Numbered from the stretch's first letter, positions 28,714 through 38,064 are shown. The stretch is 64,000 bases of DNA from an uncultured Methanomassiliicoccus sp. (GCA_964585915.1 CAZPFU010000005.1:7452-71451), one strand, 5' to 3'. Made by a program: numbers and translations. The notes: generated by a model from the sequence alone, not told the origin.

Positions 28714-29304
28714 TTAAATCAAGGAAAACAACAACTGGTGCACCCTGGTATCGTTGGTGAGCTCAGGGTGGAAGGACAGCGCCAGGACGTTGTCCTGCCT
28801 GGCCATCACGGCTTCGCCCTGATGCCTGCATACGACACTGCAGCTGCCCCAGGTGCCGGTGATCAGCGGGGCGCGGATGAAGACGCCGGGAAAAGGCGAA
28901 TCCAGGCCTTCGATCTCCAGCGGCGCCTCGAAGGAATCCCTCTGTCTCCCGAAGGCGTTGCGGTCCACCGACATGTCCATAAGGCCCAGCAGTTCCGTTC
29001 CGGTGCGCTCCGCCTGCTCGCCGCCCTTCTTGGCCAGAAGAACGCATCCGGCGCAGGTGCCCATTATCGGCACCCCGTCCATGCCCATGGCCACTATCTC
29101 CTCGAAAAGATCGAACTTGCGCAGAAGCTTTGATATGGTGGTGCTCTCCCCACCCGGGATTATGAGACAATCCACGCTGCGCAGGTCGTCCAGACGGCGA
29201 ACGGCGATGGCCTCGCCCTTCCTCCCCATTGCCTCCATCGCCCTTTGGGACATGTGCAGGTGTTCGGGCACCGCGCCCTGAACGGAGATCACTCCGACCT
29301 TCAT
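28714..29304 (-). CDS. pdxT: Pyridoxal 5'-phosphate synthase glutaminase subunit
   Basis: GVISVQGA, PGGESTT, GTCAG, RNAFGRQ, FIRAP, FHPEL. Confidence 0.95.
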   Translation of the reverse strand: MKVGVISVQGAVPEHLHMSQRAMEAMGRKGEAIAVRRLDDLRSVDCLIIPGGESTTISKLLRKFDLFEEIVAMGMDGVPIMGTCAGCVLLAKKGGEQAERTGTELLGLMDMSVDRNAFGRQRDSFEAPLEIEGLDSPFPGVFIRAPLITGTWGSCSVVCRHQGEAVMARQDNVLALSFHPELTNDTRVHQLLFSLI

Positions 29305-29342
29305 CGCCAGGGCGATTCCGGGAATGATAGATAATCCTATTC

Positions 29343-30797
29343 CTAGGAATCGAACCTCTTGCGCTGATCGATGATCGGCCTCATCTTCGGGGTGAACTCC
29401 TTGGACACTTCCTTCATCTCCACCTCGATTGGGTCGAGCAGGTCGTTGTCCAGCCCGCTGCGGATCTCCTCCAGCTCCGTGATCGCCTTGAGGACCTCTT
29501 CCTTCCCCTTCTCCATGTCGCCGTTGTACTCCACGGTGAAGCGCAGATGGTCCCTGAACGACGGCTTGGTCAGCACCAGCTGATAGTTGAGCACGCCGTG
29601 CACCTTCATTATCGCCTCGTCGAACAGCGTCGGGAATATATGCTCGCCCAGGCCGATCTTGGTGGCCGCGTTGCGCCGCCCCTTGGGCTTGCCGATCTTT
29701 CCCACGGTCACATGCCCGCATTCGCAGGGCGGCGGAATGAACTTGGAGATGTCGTACGAACGATAGCGGAGGAGGGGGGAACCTTGGAAGGACAGCGACG
29801 TCCAGACCAGCTCGCCCTCCTCGCCTGGCGGAAGCTTCCTGCCGGTGTCCGGATCGATGACCTCCACCATGAAGTCCGCCTCGTTGATGTGCAGCCCGGT
29901 TTGGACGTGGCACTCGATGGTGGTGGCCAGACCCATCTCGGTCAGCCCGTACTGGCTCAGACACTTGCAGCCCCAGGCCTCCTCCATCTCGTGACGGACC
30001 GCCTCGGACAAAGGCTCGGACGAGCAGATTATGGCCTTGAGACCGAGGGAGCGCAGGTCATACTTGTCCCTGGCCAGGACCGTGATCCGGTAGATGAAGG
30101 AGGTGAGGCCGATGATTACCTTGGTCTTCTGCTCCTGCATCACCCTCAGCTGCTCGTCCACGTTGACGTCTGAGCATACCAGGGACTTGAGCCCGGCCAC
30201 CTTGCAGGCGCTCTCCAGCATCAGGCTGGGGTCCCAGGCCACCACCGCCGGGAACATGATGTGCAGCGTCTCGTTGCTCTTCAGCCCGGCGGAGCGCAGC
30301 GCGGCGGCGATGGAGTCGACGATGTTCAGAAGGTCGTCGCTGGTGTAGAAGAGCCTCTTGGGTTTTCCGGACGTTCCGGAGGTGGAGAAGGTGCGGGAGA
30401 TCTTGCTCTGGGACATGCACAGGAAAAGGAAAGGTTCCTCGGCCAGGTCGTCCGGGTCCGTCAGCGGGACCTTGTCCAGGTCGGCCATGGTCCGGATGTC
30501 CTCCGGTCTGATCCCGGCCTCGCCGTACTTCTTCTGGTAGAACGGGCTGTTATCCATGACGTAGGCCATCTGCTTGCGGAACTTGTACAGCTGGTATTCC
30601 TCGAACGTCCTCCGGTCGATCTCGCCCAGCTCGTTCCGTCCAAGGGCCTTGCGGAACCCGTCCTCGCGCTTGAAGGTGTTGCGCACCTTGAGCTGCACCC
30701 AATCGTGCAACGGGTTCTCCACGTCCTCCGACACCTTGCGGGAGGTGAGCTTGGTGCGGGCGTAGGCCATGATGATGCGTTTCTTGAGGCTCATCAC
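29343..30797 (-). CDS. Phenylacetate-CoA ligase-like AMP-dependent ligase (DVU_1553-like)
   Basis: PLHDW...EYQLYKF...SPFY N-terminus, STSGTSGKPK P-loop, YGLTEMG, PLLRYRSYD. Confidence 0.85.
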   Translation of the reverse strand: MMSLKKRIIMAYARTKLTSRKVSEDVENPLHDWVQLKVRNTFKREDGFRKALGRNELGEIDRRTFEEYQLYKFRKQMAYVMDNSPFYQKKYGEAGIRPEDIRTMADLDKVPLTDPDDLAEEPFLFLCMSQSKISRTFSTSGTSGKPKRLFYTSDDLLNIVDSIAAALRSAGLKSNETLHIMFPAVVAWDPSLMLESACKVAGLKSLVCSDVNVDEQLRVMQEQKTKVIIGLTSFIYRITVLARDKYDLRSLGLKAIICSSEPLSEAVRHEMEEAWGCKCLSQYGLTEMGLATTIECHVQTGLHINEADFMVEVIDPDTGRKLPPGEEGELVWTSLSFQGSPLLRYRSYDISKFIPPPCECGHVTVGKIGKPKGRRNAATKIGLGEHIFPTLFDEAIMKVHGVLNYQLVLTKPSFRDHLRFTVEYNGDMEKGKEEVLKAITELEEIRSGLDNDLLDPIEVEMKEVSKEFTPKMRPIIDQRKRFDS

Positions 30798-30871
30798 TGG
30801 CGAATGCCCTCCTGCTCATATATTATTTTCAAACCGCAGGACTATTAAGAACGAAGTCCCATTTCCAGGTC

Positions 30872-31648
30872 ATGGCGGACGCGTCGTTGGAGGCTTGGGC
30901 CAGGGACTTCCGTGCGGAGCTGAACCTGGGGACCTATCCGGTGGGTGTGAAGCTCTTCGAGAAAGCCTCCGAGGCCTTGGCCGTGAAGGGAGCCAAGGTT
31001 ATGCGCTCCACGGCCACCTGCCACATGGCCGCGCTCGCCCGCCACTACCGGGAAGATGGCATCACCGTCACCGCCGCCCAGGGCATGAAGTGCCTTTGGG
31101 GCCTGGCCTGCCTAGGGCTCATCGAAACGCCTGAACGTTTGGCCCGGGGAGACCTGAACCTTCCTTTCACCAAGGACGAGCACGCCGCCCGGACGCTCCA
31201 GGGCCACATCTTCATGCTCGGCAATGATGGACGCAAATACAACGGCATGCTAATGGCCCCCCTGGACCTGATGCCGGTGAAGCCGGATGCCATCGTTGCC
31301 TACCTGACGCCCGGGCAGTCGCTGAAGGTGCTGCTCGGTTACGAGTACAAGGAGGGAAGGGTGCTGAAAGGGACGACCATCACCGGCCAATCCTCGGTCT
31401 GCTCAGCGATCGCCCGGGTGATCAACGGAGAGGACATGGTGCTGGACATTCCCTGCGTGGGCGATCGGACCTGGGGCCTCGTCCCTGATCAGGAATTGGT
31501 GGTGGCGATCTCGCCCAAGGTCTTCGGGGAGGTGCTGGAGGGCATGAAGGCGACCGATAGGTTCGCTAGGCACCCGTTCCGGCCGTTCCTCAACTGGTCG
31601 GTGATCTTCCCCCCGGACATGGAGCCCCTCCCGAAGGAGCTGGAATGA
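30872..31648 (+). CDS. DUF169 family protein
   Basis: YPVGVKL, CHMAALAR, KCLWG, PLDLMPVKPD, CSAIA, IPCVGDR. Confidence 0.8.
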   Translation: MADASLEAWARDFRAELNLGTYPVGVKLFEKASEALAVKGAKVMRSTATCHMAALARHYREDGITVTAAQGMKCLWGLACLGLIETPERLARGDLNLPFTKDEHAARTLQGHIFMLGNDGRKYNGMLMAPLDLMPVKPDAIVAYLTPGQSLKVLLGYEYKEGRVLKGTTITGQSSVCSAIARVINGEDMVLDIPCVGDRTWGLVPDQELVVAISPKVFGEVLEGMKATDRFARHPFRPFLNWSVIFPPDMEPLPKELE

Positions 31649-31724
31649 CGAAAGTTCCTTATAGAAACGTAAACGGGGGAAAAGCAATATATTATGAGCG
31701 TGGTTATGCTGCCAGAGTGATAAA

Positions 31725-32030
31725 ATGCCGCTGACACCGGAATTGCGCAGAGCGGGAGTGACGCCGGAACTGATGAACACCACCAGACGTTTCGCCTGCC
31801 CTAATTGCGGTAAGGAGTTCAGCCTCATGCAGTCTCGCGCCATCGCCTGCCGCGGCTGTCGTTTCGCCAACACCAATTGCCGTTATGCCCGCTGCCCCTA
31901 CTGTGACAAGGAGTTCCCGATGGAGCAGGTCATCACCAAGAACAAGTATGGCGAGAAGTATCTGGCCAGCTACGCCAACAACATCCTGAACAACTACTAC
32001 AACCAGTTCGGGAAGAGGAACTCTCGGTAA
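31725..32030 (+). CDS. Small Cys-rich (7 Cys) metal-binding protein
   Basis: CPNCG, CRGC, C, CPYC motifs; followed by a T/A tract. Confidence 0.75.
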   Translation: MPLTPELRRAGVTPELMNTTRRFACPNCGKEFSLMQSRAIACRGCRFANTNCRYARCPYCDKEFPMEQVITKNKYGEKYLASYANNILNNYYNQFGKRNSR

Positions 32031-32066
32031 TTGAAATTGTTTTAAAAAAATGGGGCGTGAGCCCCT

Positions 32067-33461
32067 TTACTTACTGTTCTCGCTGAACTTCGACCACATC
32101 TCGTGCCGGTACAGCGTCTTCCCTTCCATGGAGTTGATGTTGAACAGGCAGAAGGGGATCAGCTTGCCATCCGGCGTGACGGTATGGATGCAGCAGTTGC
32201 GGAAGCGCTCGGTCTCCGAGGTCCAGGCGTCCTGGAAGGCCATGGTGGAGACGGTCAGATAATGCGTCTTCGCCCTGTCCACGAAATCGCCCCACTCGTT
32301 GGTGTTGCCGTCATCCTCCTCGACGATGAGCGAGTCCTCGATGAAGCGCCAGAGGTCGGATATCTCCTTGCGGGTCTTGTCCGCCACGTTCGCGGTCTCC
32401 TTGGGCGGACCGAAGGCCCTGCTCGTTAACGGGAACAGAGAGCCGTCCTCCATGACCACCGACATGGACTTGGCGTCGCAGTGGACGTTCGAGCATGATG
32501 TCGGAATGAAGTTGTCCACCCGGAGCTCGCCGTTGGTCTGGTCCTCGATGGCCTTCAGCAGGTCGGGGATGGTCACCCGGTCGCTGTCCTTGGGGGATAT
32601 CGGAAACCTGCCGAAGTAGGCGATGGGCTGGAAATGCACCCCTTTGATGGTAGGCACCTTGGACTTGGCGAAGTTGATGACCTCGCCCACCCGGTCCAGG
32701 TTGATGTTCGGGGAAACGACCGTCACCAGTGTTATGCCCATGCCCACCTTCTCACAGTTCTCGATGCATTTGAGCTTCTGCGCCAGGATGTCGCGTCCAC
32801 AGGTCTGCTTGTAGATGTCTCCGTGAAGCCCGTCGAAGGAGAAGTACAGATCGTCCGCCCCGGCCTCCTTGACCTTCCTGAGGAACTCGATGTCCTCGGC
32901 GAAGCGGATGCCATTGGTGTTGATCTCGATGTAATCGATGCCCATCTCCTTGCCCATGCGGATGATGTCGGGAAGATCGTCCCTGATGGTGGGCTCGCCT
33001 CCGCTGATCTGAACGACAATGGGGTGGTCCACATAGTCCAGCATGGTCTGGTACATTCCCTTGATTACCTCCAGCGAGGGGCTGAACTTGTAGAACTGAT
33101 TGGCGGAGGCGAAGCACACCGGGCACTTCAGATTGCAGCCGTTGGTGATCTCCATGACCACCAGGCAGGTGTGCTGGACGTGGTCCGGACATAGACCGCA
33201 TATCTGCGGGCAGTTGTCCTTCTCCTGCACGGCGAGCTTCAGGGGCCTGGACTGTACGGCCGCGTAGCGGTACATGTCCTGATAGTCATCCTTGCCCCTC
33301 CATGCCAGCACCTTCCATGTTCCGTGCTCAGGGCACTCCTTGATGAGATAGACCTTGTCCTCCTCGACCACCTTGGTGACCGGGATGGTCTTCAAGCATT
33401 TGGGGCACAACCCATTGGTATGACCGATGACCTCGCTCATTTCATTCACCGTGATATCCAA
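32067..33461 (-). CDS. Radical SAM enzyme of the TrsS/Tes (COG1964-type) superfamily
   Basis: CPKC...CPEHG, CPQICGLCPDH, CNLKCPVC (CxxxCxxC), HFQPIAYFGR, MAFQDAW, CCIH...IPFC. Confidence 0.88.
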   Translation of the reverse strand: MDITVNEMSEVIGHTNGLCPKCLKTIPVTKVVEEDKVYLIKECPEHGTWKVLAWRGKDDYQDMYRYAAVQSRPLKLAVQEKDNCPQICGLCPDHVQHTCLVVMEITNGCNLKCPVCFASANQFYKFSPSLEVIKGMYQTMLDYVDHPIVVQISGGEPTIRDDLPDIIRMGKEMGIDYIEINTNGIRFAEDIEFLRKVKEAGADDLYFSFDGLHGDIYKQTCGRDILAQKLKCIENCEKVGMGITLVTVVSPNINLDRVGEVINFAKSKVPTIKGVHFQPIAYFGRFPISPKDSDRVTIPDLLKAIEDQTNGELRVDNFIPTSCSNVHCDAKSMSVVMEDGSLFPLTSRAFGPPKETANVADKTRKEISDLWRFIEDSLIVEEDDGNTNEWGDFVDRAKTHYLTVSTMAFQDAWTSETERFRNCCIHTVTPDGKLIPFCLFNINSMEGKTLYRHEMWSKFSENSK

Positions 33462-33528
33462 CTGGAATGACGTGCGGCACTATTCTACTTTTTGTTGAGA
33501 ACGTGGGCGGCGCCTCCGCATCGCTGGT

Positions 33529-33561
33529 AAAAATAAAAGGAAAGGCCGCGTTTAGCGGCCT
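33529..33561 (-). terminator. Hairpin plus U-tract terminator
   Basis: AGGCCGC-GTTTA-GCGGCCT stem followed on the minus strand by TTTCCTTTTATTTTT, just after the 33571 stop. Confidence 0.65.
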
Positions 33562-33570
33562 GAAGTGGTT

Positions 33571-34020
33571 TTAAGCGCGCTTCTTCTCGAAGAGACCCTC
33601 GGCAGCGGCCAGGGTCTTGATGGCCAAGTACTCTTCAACCCAGGCGTCCCCGGTAGCGGGGTCGATGAGGGCCGGACCGTTCCTCTTGACGGTCATGTAC
33701 TCCATCTCGACGTGTCCCTGAGCGATCGGCTTGCCATCCTTGGTCTTCCAGTTGGTCTCTGCCATGACGTTGACGACCTTGCCCAAGTGCATCTTGTGCG
33801 CGTAGGCGGTCTTGACCACGGCGGTTCCCTTTCCGGAGAGGTCGCTGACGACGTAGACGGTGAGTCCGCCGATGACCTTCTTGGCCAGTCCGTCGTTTCC
33901 GTTCTTGATGTACTTGCCGGTCTGGCAAGCGGTGTTCACGACGTCATTGACGTCGGATTCCTTCAGGCCCCTCTTCGCGATGAGCTCCTTCACGTTGGCG
34001 GGTATAGTAATAGTTACCAT
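33571..34020 (-). CDS. Uncharacterised 149-aa protein resembling the DVU_1557 redox family but without its Cys pairs
   Basis: Strong RBS GGTGAGGTG, highly biased codons, C-terminal VEMEY...DPATG..WVEEYLA....EGLFEKK pattern. Confidence 0.7.
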   Translation of the reverse strand: MVTITIPANVKELIAKRGLKESDVNDVVNTACQTGKYIKNGNDGLAKKVIGGLTVYVVSDLSGKGTAVVKTAYAHKMHLGKVVNVMAETNWKTKDGKPIAQGHVEMEYMTVKRNGPALIDPATGDAWVEEYLAIKTLAAAEGLFEKKRA

Positions 34021-34030
34021 TTTTGTCACC

Positions 34031-35161
34031 TCACCATGTTCCGTAGGTACCGAAGTCCCTAGCCGCCTTGACCAAGGCCAACATCTGACCGGGTATGGTG
34101 TACGGAGGAGTCTCGCAAGCAGTACCCAGGATGTAACCCTTCTTGGAGTCACGGCCCTGGAGCAGCTGCTCCTTAGCCTGGTTGTACACCTTGTTCGGGT
34201 TGTTGTCGATCATCAGCTTGGTGTCGACGGAACCCATGCAGGTCGCCTTGTCCTGGAAGGTCTCCTTCAGCAGGGCGGACGGGAAGACGTTCCTTCCCTG
34301 GTAACCGGCGTGGATCACAGTGAACGGGGACCACATCAAGCCGTCCTTGAACAGCTTGTAGTCGGTCTGGTGGTTACCGCAGAGGTGATAGAACACCTGC
34401 GGGCCGGCCCCGTGCTTGAAGCAGCCGTCCACGTACCTGAACATGTTCTTCACGGAGTACCTCTCGACGCCCTCGTCGCTGAAGATATCGTTGTTGGCCA
34501 GAACGGACCCGACGATCAGCATCGCCATTCCGTACTTGTCGGCCATCGCCTCAGCTCCGTTGATGGCGGTGTCGGTGTATATCTGCACCAGCTTTTCCGC
34601 TTGGTCGGCCTCGGTGAAGGTCCACATGATGAAGTTCTCGACACCGACCATCTCAGCCGCGGCTCCGACCAGGTCGAAACCGTAGGAGATCGGCACCAGG
34701 GTCATCGGCAGGTTCTTGGCGACATAGTCGTAGATCCTGAAGAACCTGGGTACGGTGGCGAACTCACCGGTGGTCTTCACAAGCTCCTCCTTGGAGATCA
34801 CGCGCATCTTGTCGACATCCTCGGGGTCCGAGTATATCGGTCCCTTCGAGATCGGCGGCAGCGTCTCCTTGTAGTGCAGCTTCAGCCCAAGCTCAGTGAC
34901 CCACGGCAACGAGAAGAACCAGTGCGTCACTGGCAGTAGGTCAAAGAGATGGGATATGTAGCCCACGCAGTGGATACCCAACTCCGGTTTTTCATAGAAG
35001 TCCCTAATGGTATACCCGCAGGCCACAGCGGCGTTGGACAAGATGATCGGGTCCACGTCTATGCGGTCATGTGGGTTGTCCACAAAGGGGCTCGCAAAGC
35101 GCTTGGCGGCATTACCGTGCCACCTGCTATCCATGGCTGGAAACATTTCTTCGTAGCCCAT
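34031..35161 (-). CDS. MtaA/MtbA/CmuA-type (UroD-fold) corrinoid:thiol methyltransferase
   Basis: YHLCG (H-x-C zinc ligands) and GTACETP (third Cys), MGSVD, AAAEMVGVENFIMW. Confidence 0.8.
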   Translation of the reverse strand: MGYEEMFPAMDSRWHGNAAKRFASPFVDNPHDRIDVDPIILSNAAVACGYTIRDFYEKPELGIHCVGYISHLFDLLPVTHWFFSLPWVTELGLKLHYKETLPPISKGPIYSDPEDVDKMRVISKEELVKTTGEFATVPRFFRIYDYVAKNLPMTLVPISYGFDLVGAAAEMVGVENFIMWTFTEADQAEKLVQIYTDTAINGAEAMADKYGMAMLIVGSVLANNDIFSDEGVERYSVKNMFRYVDGCFKHGAGPQVFYHLCGNHQTDYKLFKDGLMWSPFTVIHAGYQGRNVFPSALLKETFQDKATCMGSVDTKLMIDNNPNKVYNQAKEQLLQGRDSKKGYILGTACETPPYTIPGQMLALVKAARDFGTYGTW

Positions 35162-35367
35162 AGAAATCCCCGAGCCTCTAACCTCGTCGACCATATATAA
35201 TGGTTGTTCAAGCCCTATGAAAAAAAATTTCATTAACGTAGTATACGGAAGTACGAAATAGAAATTAATTTCATAATTTATGGTACTAATTAAAAATAGT
35301 TACAAAAAATACGCAACTTTTTATCATCATGATATTTTTTAATGATCGCACCCTGGAGAGTTGTGGC

Positions 35368-36192
35368 TCAGGCCAGGCGTTGGTAGGCGGCCACGAACAG
35401 GAAGATACCGGCGGCACTGAAGACGATCACTCCACTGGTGGAGACGCTGAACAGCACGGAGAGAACTATACCTAGTACTGCAGCCCCCACCCCGAAGACG
35501 GTGGACGCTATCAAAGTGGACTTGAAGGACCTCTTGAGCTGCAGGGCGGTGAGCCCGGGCAGCACCATGAGCGCCACGACCAGGATTATTCCTATCACCT
35601 TTATCGACAGAGCTATGGTCACCGCCACCAGGAGGTTGAAGGCCATGGTCATCGCCTCCACCGGTATGCCCTGAAGGCGAGCGCCATCCTCGTCGAAGGT
35701 CACGGCCAGCATCTCCTTGTAGAAGAAGACCATGAACCCGATTATGACCAGGGCGAGAATGACCAGCACTGTCAGGTCGGTGCTGTCGATGGTGAGTATC
35801 GAGCCGAACAGGTAGCTGAAAAGTTCCACGTTGAAACCGTTGGCCAGAGAGATCACGATCATACCCACCGAGAAGCCCATGGCCATCATGACCGCTATGG
35901 CCGCGTCGGATTGCGCCAGCCCCTTCCTTCGCATATAGGTTATGCCGAGCACCGCCGCGGCCGAGACCGCCATCGCGCCAAGCATGGGGTCTATGCCGAT
36001 GAGAAGGCCTACCGCAACGCCCCCGAAGGCGGTGTGCGCCACCCCGTCCACCAGCATCGATTCCTTGCGCAGGATCAGGAACAGCCCTATCCAGGCGGAT
36101 ACGACCGCGGCGAGTATCCCGCCGACCAGGGCCATCTGCAGGAACTGATACTGGAATAAGGAGGGAAGGTCGAAGACGTCAAAGCTGCTCAT
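35368..36192 (-). CDS. Metal ABC transporter permease (ZnuB/MntB type)
   Basis: DGVAHTAFGG, YLFGSIL, TFDEDGA, IKVIGIILV. Confidence 0.9.
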   Translation of the reverse strand: MSSFDVFDLPSLFQYQFLQMALVGGILAAVVSAWIGLFLILRKESMLVDGVAHTAFGGVAVGLLIGIDPMLGAMAVSAAAVLGITYMRRKGLAQSDAAIAVMMAMGFSVGMIVISLANGFNVELFSYLFGSILTIDSTDLTVLVILALVIIGFMVFFYKEMLAVTFDEDGARLQGIPVEAMTMAFNLLVAVTIALSIKVIGIILVVALMVLPGLTALQLKRSFKSTLIASTVFGVGAAVLGIVLSVLFSVSTSGVIVFSAAGIFLFVAAYQRLA

Positions 36193-36967
36193 CGACGAAC
36201 ACCCCCTTGCATTGATGCCTGTGGAAGGCGAAGTGGAAGTGTTCGCCATATCCGCGCTTGAGCACGTCGTCAGGAACCGTGCCCTCGACGATGGTGCTGC
36301 TGTGCACCTGCCGGTTGACGCAGAGCACACGTGACATCCGGCAGAAGACCGCGGTGAGGTCGTGCGAGATGATGAGGATGGTGAGGCCTTTATTCTGATT
36401 GAGGTTCGCCAGCTGCATGAAGAACTTCTCCTGGGTCATGGGATCGAAGCCGGTGACCGGCTCGTCCAGGACCAGCAGTTCCGGGTGGCTGACCAGGGAT
36501 TTGGCGACGAAGGCCCTCTGTCTCTGCCCGCCCGAGAGCATGCCGATGCGCTTGTCCGCCAGATCGGATATGCCCATGAGATGGAGCGCTTCATTGACGG
36601 CCTTCCAGTCATCCTTGTTCCGGAAGCGGCCCATGTTCCTCTTGTTGACCCGTCCCAGCCCCACCAGCTCCTTGACCGTCAGGGGAAATTGGGAATCGAA
36701 GTTGATGGCGAACTGCGACACGTAACCGACCTTCTCCCACTGGTCGAAGGACTCGATCTCCTGTCCCATTATCCGGATGCTGCCCTCGGCCTTCGGCAGA
36801 AGCCCGAGCAACGCCAGCACCAGGGTCGTCTTCCCCCCGCCGTTGGGACCGACGATCCCGACGTAATCGCCCCTCTCTATCGAGAAATCGGCCTTGGTTA
36901 TCGCCTCGGTGCTGCCGCGCCTGACCGTCAATCCCTTGACTTCGATTATCGGCTCCATCTTCATCAC
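36179..36967 (-). CDS. Metal ABC transporter ATP-binding subunit (ZnuC type)
   Basis: GPNGGGKTT, LSGGQRQR, LDEP, ISHD, His-rich C-terminus. Confidence 0.92.
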   Translation of the reverse strand: MMKMEPIIEVKGLTVRRGSTEAITKADFSIERGDYVGIVGPNGGGKTTLVLALLGLLPKAEGSIRIMGQEIESFDQWEKVGYVSQFAINFDSQFPLTVKELVGLGRVNKRNMGRFRNKDDWKAVNEALHLMGISDLADKRIGMLSGGQRQRAFVAKSLVSHPELLVLDEPVTGFDPMTQEKFFMQLANLNQNKGLTILIISHDLTAVFCRMSRVLCVNRQVHSSTIVEGTVPDDVLKRGYGEHFHFAFHRHQCKGVFVDEQL

Positions 36968-37884
36968 TGCGGTACGCCTAGCCCGGTCCTCAGGTTGATC
37001 AGGTTCTGGGATAGCTGCTCCAGATAGTCCAGCTCCTCATAGGGGCCCAGTGTGAGGAACATCTCCAGCACCGACACCTCCTGACCGGTCCTCGATTCCA
37101 GTTCCTGTTTCAGGATCTGGGCGTAGTCCCGCTTGTACACCGGGTCCACGTAGACGGTGTAGATGCTCTCGTTCTCCATGATCTCCACCAGGTCGGCGAT
37201 GGCCGCGACGGTCGGCTCCTGGTCCGCGCTGAGGCCGATGACCCCGTACTGACTGAAGTTGTAATCGTACGCCACGTATCCCAGTGCGGAATGGGATACG
37301 ATCACGCCGGACACCGTGGCATTGTTCAGGGAACGGTACTGTTCGTCAAGGGACGCCAGGGTAGCGTTCAAGGCGCCGAACCTTTCGGTGAAGTACTCCT
37401 CGCCCTCGGGGTCCGCCTCGCATAAGGCGTGGTAAACGTTCCTGGCCTGGACCATGGCCCTCCCGGGGCTAAGCCAGGTGTGCGGGTCCGTCCCGCCCTC
37501 CTCGCCGCCGGCGATGTAGGAGACGCCCAGTGTCGTGTTGACTATCACCTTTCCCGCGTCGTTGACCGCGGGGAGCACGTCATCGACCAACCAATGGTCG
37601 GCCGGACCGCCGTTATAGAGTATGACATCCGCATCGTCCGCCCTTATGATGTCCTGAGGGGCGGGCTGCCAGGAGTGCAGCTCGGCGTTGTAGGGGACCA
37701 TGGACGAAACGCTCACCCGGTCGCCCCCGATGCTTTCCGCCATGTAGGCCAGGGGATAGAACGTCGCCACTACCTGGGTCCTGTCCTCATCGCCGTCCTG
37801 GTTACGGAGGACGGATGATGCTAATATGAGGATGATGACCGCCACGAAAGAACCAATGACCAAGATGAGCTGCTTGCGATTCAT
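36964..37884 (-). CDS. Metal ABC transporter substrate-binding protein (ZnuA/TroA type)
   Basis: ATFYPL, ELHSWQP, DPHTWLSP, SHSALGY; N-terminal anchor; no His-rich loop. Confidence 0.9.
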   Translation of the reverse strand: MNRKQLILVIGSFVAVIILILASSVLRNQDGDEDRTQVVATFYPLAYMAESIGGDRVSVSSMVPYNAELHSWQPAPQDIIRADDADVILYNGGPADHWLVDDVLPAVNDAGKVIVNTTLGVSYIAGGEEGGTDPHTWLSPGRAMVQARNVYHALCEADPEGEEYFTERFGALNATLASLDEQYRSLNNATVSGVIVSHSALGYVAYDYNFSQYGVIGLSADQEPTVAAIADLVEIMENESIYTVYVDPVYKRDYAQILKQELESRTGQEVSVLEMFLTLGPYEELDYLEQLSQNLINLRTGLGVPQ

Positions 37885-38064
37885 GTGCCCATGAATGCCT
37901 AATGCAAGCTAGTTAATAACATTTTCCTAATTAATTAATAAATTGGCCTCGCAGCTTGTATGCCCCACCTCAGTACCCATTCAGCCTTATCTGAAATAAC
38001 TGGATAGCAGGATCGGCCCTGATGATCTATAAGTGTATTATTAACGTTGATGTAGAAGTATATA

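Noticed and set aside
32067-33461. Selenocysteine in the TrsS-like enzyme, or a firm call as tetraether synthase
   Set aside because: No in-frame TGA; motifs fit the TrsS branch better than Tes, so no gene symbol was assigned
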